DNA of 64,000 bases, taken from contig CP065011.1 in NCBI GenBank assembly GCA_016699795.1, positions 546,474 to 610,473 of the forward strand, read 5' to 3'. Positions 41,284 through 51,364 of the stretch are shown piece by piece. This DNA is from Candidatus Moraniibacteriota bacterium (GTDB lineage: Bacteria > Patescibacteriota > Minisyncoccia > Moranbacterales > GCA-2747515). How positions within the stretch are numbered: the first letter of the stretch is position 1; each line of letters starts with the position of its first letter. Made by a program: the position numbers and the translations under genes. Under the pieces are notes generated by a model. It did no database searches, was not told the DNA's origin, and worked only from the letters and a program-made list of their open reading frames with translations.

Positions 41284-42874
41284 GAACTGGAGAACTAGAG
41301 TATAAAAGCTCTAGTTTTTCTTTATCTTCGGGCAAATTCGTAGGTTCGAACTGCTTGAATATCGTCTTTATCTCAGAAGAGATTTTTTCAAGGCCGACTA
41401 ACTTATTATTGGCTTCAATATTGAGTTTTTTCTCAGAAAGTGAGAGGTTCGAACCAATTGCCTTGAATATCTCTTTTCGCTTTTCTTCGTCGCCATCCTT
41501 GAATTTTTCTAGTGCATCTTGGGCGAATGCAAGCCATTCCTTGGCTTCTTCAAGTTGGTCTATCCAGTTGGTTGAATTGCTCTCAGAAGCGTCCAAACTT
41601 GCTCTAAGGCGTGATTTTTCTTGGGATATGGTATCTTTCTTGGTAATGAACTCACCTTCGCTTAGCTCGCCATTTATTCGCATATCTAGGAGTCTATCTA
41701 GCTTTTTGTCACAAGCTTCGAATTCTTTTTTGTGATCCTCGAGTGCTTGTTTCTTTTCTTCGATTTCATCCCTATTTTCTTCCATCAGTTTTTTGATTGC
41801 CCATTCCAAGAAAGTTGGATGAATCTTTATTTTCTTGAGAATTTTTATAATTTCTTCTTCAAACTTCTTTTCTTCGACCACTTTTTGATCACATTTTGGA
41901 TCTAGTCGATGACTGCAATGATAGTAGATGTAATAATGGGTGTTTCCATTCTGACATTTTTTAATTTTGTGTTCAGCTACAACTGATGCTCCGCATATTC
42001 CGCATCGTGTTGCTCCAGTATATTTGAAACTATATTTTCTTGGCCTAGTCGTTCCTCGTCGGCCGAGAATCATTTGAGTCTTTTCAAATTCCGCTTGAGA
42101 GATCATTGGCTCATGCTTTCCTTTATGCCATTGTCCGCTATCAGATGGGAATTCATACCAGCCATAGTAGAATGGGTTATTCATCATTGCATACCATGAG
42201 CTGATGGAAACTTTTTGACCATGCTTGTTTGTAAATTTCCAATCGCTAGTTCCTTTTCTATATGCCTCCGGGGGAGTGAGCTTTCCTGAAGCTACCATCT
42301 TCAGCATTTTTTGAATCGTTTCAAATCTTTCAGGGTCTTTTTCAATTTCTTTTTCACCTTTTAGTTTGATGGGATTGTGTTTGTATCCGAGTGGCGACCC
42401 ATTAGGATACCAACCTCGCTCTGCTTTGTTTCGTAGCCCTCGCTTTGTGTCAGTGCTTAAGTCTCGAATGAATTGATTTGCCATTCCTTGCTCTACAGCC
42501 ATCACCAGAACATTATCTTCAGGGTAATAACTTCTTCCGAATGTAAAAATATGTTTTATCATCTTACCCTGTAGCATCCAACTTATCGTACCGCTATCTA
42601 CAGGATTTCTAGACAGGCGATTAAGTTTCCAACAAAGTATTCCATCAGCTTCACCCCGTTTTATTTTTTCAAACATTTCGTTAAAAACTATCCTCCCAGG
42701 CTCTTTGGCTGATTTGGATTCATGCATAATTTCAGATATATTCAACCCGTTTTCTTCTGCGAGTCTTTTTAACTCTTCTATTTGTGAGTCGATTGATGCC
42801 ATTTGTCGATCCTCACTTTCGGATGATTTTCTGGCATAGAGGATGTATTTATTTGCCTTCACTTCTTGGTTCAT
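41243..42874 (-). CDS. Large serine recombinase (integrase)
   Basis: N-terminal resolvase domain YILYARKSSESEDRQMASIDSQ (catalytic Ser). Recombinase domain. Zinc-ribbon CGICGASVVAEHKIKKCQNGNTHYYIYYHCSH. Coiled-coil. 543 aa. Confidence 0.85.
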   Translation of the reverse strand: MNQEVKANKYILYARKSSESEDRQMASIDSQIEELKRLAEENGLNISEIMHESKSAKEPGRIVFNEMFEKIKRGEADGILCWKLNRLSRNPVDSGTISWMLQGKMIKHIFTFGRSYYPEDNVLVMAVEQGMANQFIRDLSTDTKRGLRNKAERGWYPNGSPLGYKHNPIKLKGEKEIEKDPERFETIQKMLKMVASGKLTPPEAYRKGTSDWKFTNKHGQKVSISSWYAMMNNPFYYGWYEFPSDSGQWHKGKHEPMISQAEFEKTQMILGRRGTTRPRKYSFKYTGATRCGICGASVVAEHKIKKCQNGNTHYYIYYHCSHRLDPKCDQKVVEEKKFEEEIIKILKKIKIHPTFLEWAIKKLMEENRDEIEEKKQALEDHKKEFEACDKKLDRLLDMRINGELSEGEFITKKDTISQEKSRLRASLDASESNSTNWIDQLEEAKEWLAFAQDALEKFKDGDEEKRKEIFKAIGSNLSLSEKKLNIEANNKLVGLEKISSEIKTIFKQFEPTNLPEDKEKLELLYSSSPVLLRESDSNRRPSD

Positions 42875-42950
42875 TGTTTTTATATTAATTGATTAGTTTC
42901 TTCAACAAACATCATACTCTAAAACGTTACTAAAGCTAGTGGATAAAAAG

Positions 42951-43409
42951 CTACATTTCGTACCAGTTAACATCCTCATTAGCGTTGCTTTTGCTGTCCT
43001 TCTTTTCTTCTTTTTCCTCTTCATCGTCATCAAACATGTCCATTATGAGGCTTGGCTTTTTAATTTCAAGCTCTTTTTTCTCTTTGAATCGTTCAGGTTC
43101 CATCCTTTCAAGCCACCATGCTCCAGCCTTCCAATCTTTCAACATTCCTACTTTTATGCTCTTGTGAGCGAGCTTATGGGTTTCTAATTTAGCAGTCTCT
43201 AATCGTTCGCAAAACCCGCAAAACCTTTTTTTATGTCTTATGATTGTGTCCTCACTTATACCCACATAAACACATGCTTTTGATTGGCTCATGCCGTCAG
43301 ACAGAAGGTTTATAAGGATAGTTTCTTTATCTTTCGTAATTGCAAAAGGACGACCGTTTTTACTGCCTTTGATTTTTTTGTTTGATTTAACCTTTAATTG
43401 TTTCGTCAT
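42951..43409 (-). CDS. Helix-turn-helix DNA-binding protein (excisionase/regulator or terminase-small-like)
   Basis: HTH-like ILINLLSDGMSQSKACVYVGISEDTIIRH. Acidic C-terminus. Confidence 0.4.
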   Translation of the reverse strand: MTKQLKVKSNKKIKGSKNGRPFAITKDKETILINLLSDGMSQSKACVYVGISEDTIIRHKKRFCGFCERLETAKLETHKLAHKSIKVGMLKDWKAGAWWLERMEPERFKEKKELEIKKPSLIMDMFDDDEEEKEEKKDSKSNANEDVNWYEM

Positions 43410-44037
43410 GTTTTTGTTTGTTTCTTTTATGCCAGTTCAAGAGTGTTGAGATACAGAGAAGCCATTTGCGATTTAATTTTCGCATCATATTACTAGAATA
43501 TTGGACTTTTCTTAGGATCCTTTCTTTCTTCTTTTATGCCGTGTTCTGTCGGATGAGGTTTTGATCAGAATATTATTCACTTTGATTCTGATAGAAGTTT
43601 CTTATGTTGCCTCGGAGATTTGGCCTTGGGGTTTAATGTGATGTTCTGCAAGGAGACTTCGTTTTGCAAAACGCCCAATGCTTCTTTTGAGTCGCCCTTG
43701 TTGACTACGACTATGACCTAAGATTTGCGGTGTGGTTACCGGCACTATCCTGCCCAATATTTTTTCAATTATGTAGCGTAGGGTTTTATAAGGATCACAT
43801 TGGATCAGTTTAATCCCGACCTACGCATTTTTTTCGCTTGGTTTATATACTGCAGTTAACAAATCCAACAAAGATTGAGCACATTCAATAGCCTGTTCGT
43901 CGCTTATTTCTTCGCCGAACTCTCGTAGATGCATCTTTTTCAATTGTTGGATTTCTTCTTTTGATAACATAAAAACCATACATTATTTGTATGGTAATTA
44001 TAAAAGTTATTATTTTTACTGAGTTACGCTAAGTGGA

Positions 44038-44793
44038 CTACTTAATGTAACGCTTCAATCTGTGCTTGTTTGTTTTGAATTTTGAGATTGCTTTTTCAGG
44101 ATCCTTGTCTATTTTATCTTGATATTTTTCATCATCATCGTGTATTCTGTATAAAATATCGAGGTAATTTTCAGTTTCGTACTCATTTGTGTTTCCATCG
44201 AGGGATGTTCTTTTTGTTATCTTTGAAGCTTTAATTTGTTCCTCGATGTTTTTAAAAAATGTCTTTGAAATTCTTCGCCTAGGTGATTCACTATTATCTA
44301 ATCTACTTGAAATGATTGGCCAGCTATTTCTTAGATCGTTTAGAGTGGCATTTTTATCAAGACGCAGAACAACATCTCCCTTGTCGGATTCTATTTTGAT
44401 GCTAGTTGTTTCGGGTGGGCAATAATAACCACAGGCTATAAAATTCAACACTGGAATTTCCCATGTTTTTGACAGGTTGAATTTAGAGAAGAATCCATTG
44501 AACCATGTCATGAATTCAATATCCTCATCTTTTATAATTTTTTCACCAAGCGTTGCTCCATATTCATGTGCAAGTTTATGATTTTTAAAACTTTTGATCG
44601 AAAAAATATCACCAACCATTTCGTCGGTTAGTTTAAGTTTAATGTGCCATTCAAGTATTTCTTCAAAAAACCTTGTATTTTCATACATCTTTTCCATGAA
44701 AATCTGGTGGTTTTTGAAGAAATTTCTCTCAAAATAGCCTAATTTAGTATGAGCCCTTCCTGTTTTACTCATAATTTCATTGTAGTCTCTCAT
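44038..44793 (-). CDS. Hypothetical protein (251 aa), element cargo
   Basis: Intact ORF. No family recognised. Confidence 0.4.
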   Translation of the reverse strand: MRDYNEIMSKTGRAHTKLGYFERNFFKNHQIFMEKMYENTRFFEEILEWHIKLKLTDEMVGDIFSIKSFKNHKLAHEYGATLGEKIIKDEDIEFMTWFNGFFSKFNLSKTWEIPVLNFIACGYYCPPETTSIKIESDKGDVVLRLDKNATLNDLRNSWPIISSRLDNSESPRRRISKTFFKNIEEQIKASKITKRTSLDGNTNEYETENYLDILYRIHDDDEKYQDKIDKDPEKAISKFKTNKHRLKRYIK

Positions 44794-45024
44794 TCAAACC
44801 AAGTAAATGGTTGTATTTAAAGCAATTTGATGGTATTTTATATGTGATACCACAAGTTAATAAATACTGAGGCAAAACCCTGGGTTTTTTGTCCTATCAC
44901 GCCCTTTAGCGGGCGGCTCGATGCACATGATAGGACACCTCGGTGTTTCTTGACTTGTGGTATCCGTCGGGTCGTCCACTCAAGCGGAACCACTCGGCGA
45001 CTTAATTATTAAGTCGTTTTTATT

Positions 45025-45345
45025 ATGGAAAATCATCAAGAGGAGCCACAAGCAAAAAGCAATTCAAATCTTGAACAAAAATGGTGGTTCAGAATTGCGA
45101 AAGTGGCATATATTTTTTTGTACTTGTTTTTTGCAATATTAATTATCGCTTCAGGAGTGGATAATTTTTATAGTTATGACACTGTTATGAAATCGAATAG
45201 TTATACTCCAGGATTCGCATTTCTCAATATGCTAATAGTTATTGCTATTGGTTTTATCATAACTAAAATCACAAAGATAACATTTTTTTACATATTTCTT
45301 GCACAAAAGCCTAATTGGAAAAAAGAATTAACTAAGATATTTTAA
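45025..45345 (+). CDS. Hypothetical membrane protein (106 aa)
   Basis: Two TM helices. Confidence 0.3.
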   Translation: MENHQEEPQAKSNSNLEQKWWFRIAKVAYIFLYLFFAILIIASGVDNFYSYDTVMKSNSYTPGFAFLNMLIVIAIGFIITKITKITFFYIFLAQKPNWKKELTKIF

Positions 45346-45352
45346 TAGCCCA

Positions 45353-45796
45353 ATGAATAAAAATATTAAAATTATTACATCTATAACACTCATAGTCATC
45401 GTGCTCGGTGGTGTTTATATGTTTGGGGAACACAGAGGCAAGAGCAATTCGCAATCACTTGATAAGCAACAGCTTGAAAATCTGATGCGAAGTATTGATG
45501 AGCAATCATCTAAAATTGATAACTTGCAAGAAGAAAGTGTTGCGACAAAAAAGAGTAACTCTGTTATTGATACTCAGGCAATAATAAAGTCGTCTATGGA
45601 AAAGAGTGACCGTGAAGAACAGGCAAAATGCCAGCAAGAGTTAAGTGAATACAGTGCTTGCTTAAGTGAATATAATTCTAAGATGGCAGAATATAATTCA
45701 TGTCTGACTGAAAGTTCTGACCCAAGCTCTTGGCGTTATAAATCCTATTGCTCAAAACCTTCAAATTATTGTTTCAAGCCAGTTTGTGCTTATTAA
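45353..45796 (+). CDS. Hypothetical secreted protein with a Cys-rich C-terminus
   Basis: N-terminal TM/signal, coiled-coil, C-terminal CQQELSEYSACLSEYN...CSKPSNYCFKPVCAY. Confidence 0.35.
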   Translation: MNKNIKIITSITLIVIVLGGVYMFGEHRGKSNSQSLDKQQLENLMRSIDEQSSKIDNLQEESVATKKSNSVIDTQAIIKSSMEKSDREEQAKCQQELSEYSACLSEYNSKMAEYNSCLTESSDPSSWRYKSYCSKPSNYCFKPVCAY

Positions 45797-45856
45797 ATTG
45801 CCTACAGTAAGACTTGCTGGTTTACACAATTTACGGAAATATGCTATCCTATAAAC

Positions 45857-47845
45857 ATGAACGATGCATATTTTGGAAATAAAAAGATTTGTATAACGCA
45901 AAGACGTTATCTTGGCTCTAAAACTAAGCTACTATCATTTATAGATAGTATACTTGAAGGTGAGAATATAGAGTTTAATTCTTTCGCTGATATTTTTGCT
46001 GGAACTGGCACTGTTGCCAATCATTTTTATAATCGCTCTAAAATTATAGTGAATGATATTTTAGATTCAAATTCTCATGTCTACACAGCGTTTTTTGGTA
46101 AGGACATAATCAGGGAACAAAAACTGAAAGAACGACTAAAACATTATAATGACATTGAAATCAAAGAATATGATGAAAATTATTTTTCAAAAAACTTTTC
46201 AAACACTTATTTTGACGCAGAAAACGCTAAAAAAATAGGAATTATTAGGGATGATATTGAAAAATTATTTGAAGAAAAAATAATTACCAGTAGAGAAAAA
46301 TCTTATTTACTGACATCTTTGATTTACGCACTTGATAGAATTGCCAACACGGTTGGCCATTACGACGCATACAGAAAAATTGATATTCCAAATAAAAAAC
46401 TATTCTTGCTACCCCTTGATATAGCAAACTCTCGCTACTCTGCCAAAATCTACAAAGATGACGCTAATGAGTTGGTAAAAAAAATAAAAGCAGATGTTGT
46501 TTATATTGACCCGCCGTATAATTCTAGGCAGTATTCAGATTCTTATCACTTATTAGAAAATATCGCTACTTGGAAAAAGGAGACAGTTTTTGGTGTTGCC
46601 AAAAAAATTGACCGCTCTCACATCAAAAGCGAGTACAACATGAAATCTGCAGGCGTTGCCTTTGGCGATTTAATAGATAATATTAATGCGAAATATATCC
46701 TTGTTTCTTATAATGATATGGGGACTTCGGGTAATGCTCGTTCACAATCACGTATCAGTGACCATGAGATTTTGTCGTCGTTAAAACGGCGAGGTGAGGT
46801 AAAAGTCTTTGAAACCAACTTCAAACAATTCACTACTGGAAAATCGAGCAAGGATGATCTAAAAGAACGCATATTTTTGTGTAAGGTAGACATTGTCTCA
46901 AGAAACAATAAGGCGATAATTGCCTCAAAAAATAATCCTGTTCAAGCTGGCTTTGTAAAATCACCCCTTAACTACACTGGCGGAAAACATAAACTTTTAC
47001 CGCAAATAACAAAGTTATTTCCAGTTGGTATAAAAACTTTTTATGATGTATTTTCTGGCGGTGCGAATGTTGGAATTAACTCTACGGCTAAAAATATAAT
47101 CTGTATTGAAAAAAATCGTTATGTAGTAAGTCTGTTGAAGTTAATACAAAATGATAATTTTGAAGATTTGAATCAAAAAGTGATTGACATTATAGATAAA
47201 TTTGGTTTAAGCCAGAGCTATATAAAGGGCTACGACCATTATAATGTGGATAGTTCATCGGGTCTTGGTCAATACAATAAAGACGCTTTTCTAAATCTTC
47301 GCAGTGAGTTTAATAAAGAAAAAACAAGAATTGATTTATTGTTGGTGCTTGTTTTGTATTCTTTCAATAACCAAATTAGATTTAATTCAAATGGCGATTT
47401 TAATTTACCAGTTGGAAAACGGGATTATAATGGTAGTTCGAGGAGAAATGTTGCGTCTTTCAGCCAAGTATCAAACGAGAAAAAAATAGCATTTAAAAAT
47501 TGTGATTTTCGTGATGTTGAAAAAATGTCATTAATGAAAGATGATTTTGTGTATTTAGATCCACCATATTTGCTGGGTCTTGCTAGTTATAATGAAAAGG
47601 GAGGCTGGACAGAAAAAGATGAGAAAGACTTATATATACTCTTGACCAGACTCGATAAGAAAGGAATTAGATTTGCTTTATCAAATGTTTTAGAGCATAA
47701 AGGCAAAACTAATACAATTATGAAAAACTGGGCAAAAAAGCATAGTTACAAGATTCATAAACTAAACTATGACTACAAAAACTCAAATTATCACTCTACT
47801 GCAAAAAATAATAAAACCGTAGAGGTGCTTATTACAAATTACTGA
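45857..47845 (+). CDS. Fused tandem N6-adenine DNA methyltransferase (two D12-class/Dam-like domains), type IIS-style M subunit
   Basis: Domain 1: YLGSKTKLL, FAGTGTVA, VVYIDPPYNS. Domain 2: NYTGGKHKLL, FSGGANVG, FVYLDPPYLLG. Same architecture as M.AlwI/M.PleI/M.MlyI. Confidence 0.85.
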   Translation: MNDAYFGNKKICITQRRYLGSKTKLLSFIDSILEGENIEFNSFADIFAGTGTVANHFYNRSKIIVNDILDSNSHVYTAFFGKDIIREQKLKERLKHYNDIEIKEYDENYFSKNFSNTYFDAENAKKIGIIRDDIEKLFEEKIITSREKSYLLTSLIYALDRIANTVGHYDAYRKIDIPNKKLFLLPLDIANSRYSAKIYKDDANELVKKIKADVVYIDPPYNSRQYSDSYHLLENIATWKKETVFGVAKKIDRSHIKSEYNMKSAGVAFGDLIDNINAKYILVSYNDMGTSGNARSQSRISDHEILSSLKRRGEVKVFETNFKQFTTGKSSKDDLKERIFLCKVDIVSRNNKAIIASKNNPVQAGFVKSPLNYTGGKHKLLPQITKLFPVGIKTFYDVFSGGANVGINSTAKNIICIEKNRYVVSLLKLIQNDNFEDLNQKVIDIIDKFGLSQSYIKGYDHYNVDSSSGLGQYNKDAFLNLRSEFNKEKTRIDLLLVLVLYSFNNQIRFNSNGDFNLPVGKRDYNGSSRRNVASFSQVSNEKKIAFKNCDFRDVEKMSLMKDDFVYLDPPYLLGLASYNEKGGWTEKDEKDLYILLTRLDKKGIRFALSNVLEHKGKTNTIMKNWAKKHSYKIHKLNYDYKNSNYHSTAKNNKTVEVLITNY

Positions 47846-47848
47846 TTT

Positions 47849-49681
47849 TTGTGGCATACTGAAATTATGTTAAAAGCGTGGTCAATTACAACAACAGTTA
47901 GAAACCCGGAGCGTCTTCGTGATTTTTTGGTTGCTTTAAAGCCCCTTGAAAATAAAACTTGGGACAATGCTAATCAGGAAAATTATCAAAAACTTTTAAT
48001 CAAGAACCGTCTATATGGTTTTGGTAATGCACAATTTTATAATGGATTGACTGCAGATATTGTAAAGATGATAAATGATACCGACAGTGAAATTAATGAC
48101 AACACGGTAGATGAAATCATAAGATTGAAGAATTATACGGAATTTGCAATGCGTGGTCGTCAATCAATAAATCCTCTTACAAAATTTGGATTTGTAATTA
48201 TAGATAATGGCATAGTTAAAATAACAGAGCTTGGAAAGAAACTTATAGCTAGTGAAAAAGACGCTGGTGATGTGTTTCTGAAGTCGTTTATAAAATGGCA
48301 AATACCAAACCCAGCTAGTAACGATTTTCCAGATGATGGCGATTATGATGTCGTGCCTTTCGTTGCAACTCTTAAATTGATAAGCGAAGTTAATAGAATT
48401 GAAGCAGGGAAAGGAAATAATGCAGTTGGAATTAGTAAACGAGAGTTTTCATTATTTGTTCCATCATTGGTTAAGTATGCGGATATTGAAAAATATGCAG
48501 AGGAAATTGTTAAATTACGAACCCTGCAAAAAGGAAAAAAGAAGCAAGAACGAAAAGAGATTCGAGATAATTATCGTAAACAATTCGCAACCAACTTTTT
48601 GGGCACGAGTAAACAGACTGCGATCGATAAACTACTCCAAAATCTGAGGGATTATGGGGATAATGCAATTAGGTATTTCCGTCTAACAAAGTTTATCCGT
48701 ATTCGTGGCAATGGTTTTTATATTGATTTGGAGCCAAATCGTCGCATTGAGATCGAAGCTTTATTTGAAAGTGAATTTTATAAGCCAAAACATTTTGCAG
48801 ATAGAAATGAATATGTTTCCTATATGTCTGATGACAACTTGCCTGTATTGCCTTGGCAGACAAAAGATAAATTATCTAAAATTGCTAGCGATGTCTATAA
48901 GGATGTAATTGAATTGCAGAGCAATCTTGGTTTGGCGGTTGAAAGCAAGAAAGAGATATCGGCAATGTCTGAAAATGATCTAGTATTGTATGTTAATGAT
49001 TTGCGAGAAACTCGTAAGGAATTGCAAGAAAAGGACAATCATATCAAATCTCAACCAGTTTCATCAATCACTCAATATATTGAGCAACTAGAAGGAATTT
49101 TTGAATTTGAAAACCGTGCTTTAATGCTTGAATATCTCTCAACAATGGGACTTCACGCACTCAATGACGCAAAGGAAATTAAACCTAATTATCCAGTTGG
49201 AGATGATAACGAGCCGACATCAACTGCTCCTGGCGGTATGGCAGACATTGAATGTTTTTATGACAACTTTAATATGATCTGTGAAGTTACGATGTTGAAT
49301 GGCCGTGACCAATGGTTTAATGAAGGACAACCAGTTATGCGACATTTGCGTGATTTTGAAAACTCACACGACAATGCTTATTGTATTTTCATTGCACCAA
49401 AAATTCATACTGATAGTGCTGAAACTTTCCATATTGCTAACACAGTTGGATATAAGGGTAGCAAGCAAAAAATTGCACCGCTCACGATAAAACAATTTGT
49501 TGAATTATTAAAAACACTCAAAAAAATACGTGAGGCAAATAAAAATTTCACGCACAACAGTTTGAAAATTTTAATTAACGATATTGCTGATAGTGCCAAC
49601 AGTATTAGTAATTCTGATGATTGGGTTGCAAATACACAGAATATCGTCAATTCTTGGGCTATTAGTTTAGTAAGTGCGTAG
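47849..49681 (+). CDS. Putative type IIS restriction endonuclease (AlwI/PleI/MlyI/N.BstNBI-like), assigned by context and size
   Basis: 610-aa ORF starting 4 nt after the tandem methyltransferase. Size matches that REase family. No motif verified from memory. Confidence 0.45.
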   Translation: MWHTEIMLKAWSITTTVRNPERLRDFLVALKPLENKTWDNANQENYQKLLIKNRLYGFGNAQFYNGLTADIVKMINDTDSEINDNTVDEIIRLKNYTEFAMRGRQSINPLTKFGFVIIDNGIVKITELGKKLIASEKDAGDVFLKSFIKWQIPNPASNDFPDDGDYDVVPFVATLKLISEVNRIEAGKGNNAVGISKREFSLFVPSLVKYADIEKYAEEIVKLRTLQKGKKKQERKEIRDNYRKQFATNFLGTSKQTAIDKLLQNLRDYGDNAIRYFRLTKFIRIRGNGFYIDLEPNRRIEIEALFESEFYKPKHFADRNEYVSYMSDDNLPVLPWQTKDKLSKIASDVYKDVIELQSNLGLAVESKKEISAMSENDLVLYVNDLRETRKELQEKDNHIKSQPVSSITQYIEQLEGIFEFENRALMLEYLSTMGLHALNDAKEIKPNYPVGDDNEPTSTAPGGMADIECFYDNFNMICEVTMLNGRDQWFNEGQPVMRHLRDFENSHDNAYCIFIAPKIHTDSAETFHIANTVGYKGSKQKIAPLTIKQFVELLKTLKKIREANKNFTHNSLKILINDIADSANSISNSDDWVANTQNIVNSWAISLVSA

Positions 49682-49791
49682 CTCTTCCAAATTTTCCTAC
49701 AAGTAATGCTCCTTGCGGAAGCATTATCTATATGATTTATAGATAAAAAATTTTCGTTATTTTAGATTAATAACTCTCCTTAACTCTCTTT

Positions 49792-51360
49792 TTGTGCTAT
49801 TTTTTATATATGGTACAGAAAAGAGAAAATATCTTCGAAGTATATAAGCCTCTAAGGAACCACTTGAGAAAGTGTGAACTTGCTAATTCCTTGGAGGTAA
49901 TAAGAGCATATGCTCAAAATTTGCAATTTGGTAATAATAACTTTCCGCCTTATGTAGAAGTTTTAAATGAATTTTTGCAAAAGGATCATATTCAGAAAAC
50001 AAGATGGGTTTCCGAATGGAATCTGGAAATTCTAGCTAAAGAAGTAATAATAAATTCACCTATAAATGAGTGGAACGCAAAAACATTTAGACGGTGGTCG
50101 TATTTTATTGGTGCTGTTAATAAGCTTAAAGATATAGAAGGTAAAATTGCTACTGATCACATAGATGTATCAAATGTGCTTCGAGAATTAGAAAGAATGG
50201 CTCATGGTCAATTTGGCTGGCAAATCGGTCGCCCAAGTGCGGAGCTAATGGCAAGGTATTATAGAATTTATAGCACGTCCGAAATGGATACCTTAATAAG
50301 AGGTGCTATTGGATTAACAACAAAAGAGCTTTATTTTATGGGAGTTGCACTTACAGGATCATTTTTAACGCATTTTGCTTTGCATTATCCTCCTAAAATT
50401 GAAATTCCTGGATTAACTCAAGAAGCTATGGATAAATTTCTAAAGCATTTTTCATCCGATATTACTACTTTGAAAGAAAAATTAATATGCGAACAAAACA
50501 TAAATGAAAATTATTTTTACGCCTTTTCTTCCTTGAGAGGATATCCAATTATAAAGATGGATTTTGAAGGCAGATTTTGCTTAACTTGTCCCATTCCTAC
50601 GCTTTTATTCTGGAGAATCACTAGTGGATTATATTACGAAGTGGTCGATCAAAAAGGTTTTGACAATGCATTCGGAGCTTCATTTCAAAAGTATATTGGT
50701 GATTGTATTTCTGCTTCAATTACTAATGAGAATATAACGGCATTACCTGAGGAAAAAATTAGAGAAGGAAAAAATGAAAAAGATACGGTGGATTGGATAA
50801 TCGATGATGGTAAATCTGCTATTTTTATTGAGTGCAAGGCAAAGAGAATGACAATGCCTTCAAAGACTGAGTTGGTTATAAGTGATGCTTTCAGGAGGGA
50901 TGTCGAGAAAATGGCTGGTTTTGTTGTTCAGGTTTATAAAACCATAAAAGACTACCGAGCTGGAAAATATCTATCATATAGTTATGATGAAAAGAGGAAA
51001 GTATATCCGCTCGTGGTAACTCTCGAAGACTGGCACTTGTTCGGGGATAATGATTTATTGAAAGCCAAGATTGAAGAAAAATTAAAGGCGGAAAATATAT
51101 CACTGGATTGGTTGTCTAGTATGCCTTATACGATATGCTCGGCTCAAGAATTTGAAGAAATGATTCAGATTATTCAATTTAAGGGCATAGATGGAGTTGT
51201 TGGTAAAAAATCGAAAGATCCTGAAAAAGTTAAATGGGCAATGGCAAGTTTTCTGTCTTCTGAATATCCAGATGAGCATAAAAATACTAAAGCTTTATTT
51301 TTGAAAGACTTCAATTCTATTTTTCCAGATGAGATAGTCAAAAAAATAAAGATCAAATAA
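49792..51360 (+). CDS. Hypothetical protein with a PD-(D/E)xK-like nuclease motif (operon gene A)
   Basis: GASFQKYIGD...VDWIIDDGKSAIFIECKAKRMT (D..D...ExK spacing). Confidence 0.4.
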   Translation: MCYFLYMVQKRENIFEVYKPLRNHLRKCELANSLEVIRAYAQNLQFGNNNFPPYVEVLNEFLQKDHIQKTRWVSEWNLEILAKEVIINSPINEWNAKTFRRWSYFIGAVNKLKDIEGKIATDHIDVSNVLRELERMAHGQFGWQIGRPSAELMARYYRIYSTSEMDTLIRGAIGLTTKELYFMGVALTGSFLTHFALHYPPKIEIPGLTQEAMDKFLKHFSSDITTLKEKLICEQNINENYFYAFSSLRGYPIIKMDFEGRFCLTCPIPTLLFWRITSGLYYEVVDQKGFDNAFGASFQKYIGDCISASITNENITALPEEKIREGKNEKDTVDWIIDDGKSAIFIECKAKRMTMPSKTELVISDAFRRDVEKMAGFVVQVYKTIKDYRAGKYLSYSYDEKRKVYPLVVTLEDWHLFGDNDLLKAKIEEKLKAENISLDWLSSMPYTICSAQEFEEMIQIIQFKGIDGVVGKKSKDPEKVKWAMASFLSSEYPDEHKNTKALFLKDFNSIFPDEIVKKIKIK

Positions 51361-51364
51361 AATT

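Noticed and set aside
47849-49681. Calling the 610-aa ORF a confirmed AlwI-family endonuclease.
   Set aside because: No catalytic motif could be verified by eye. It is kept as a context- and size-based putative assignment with modest confidence.
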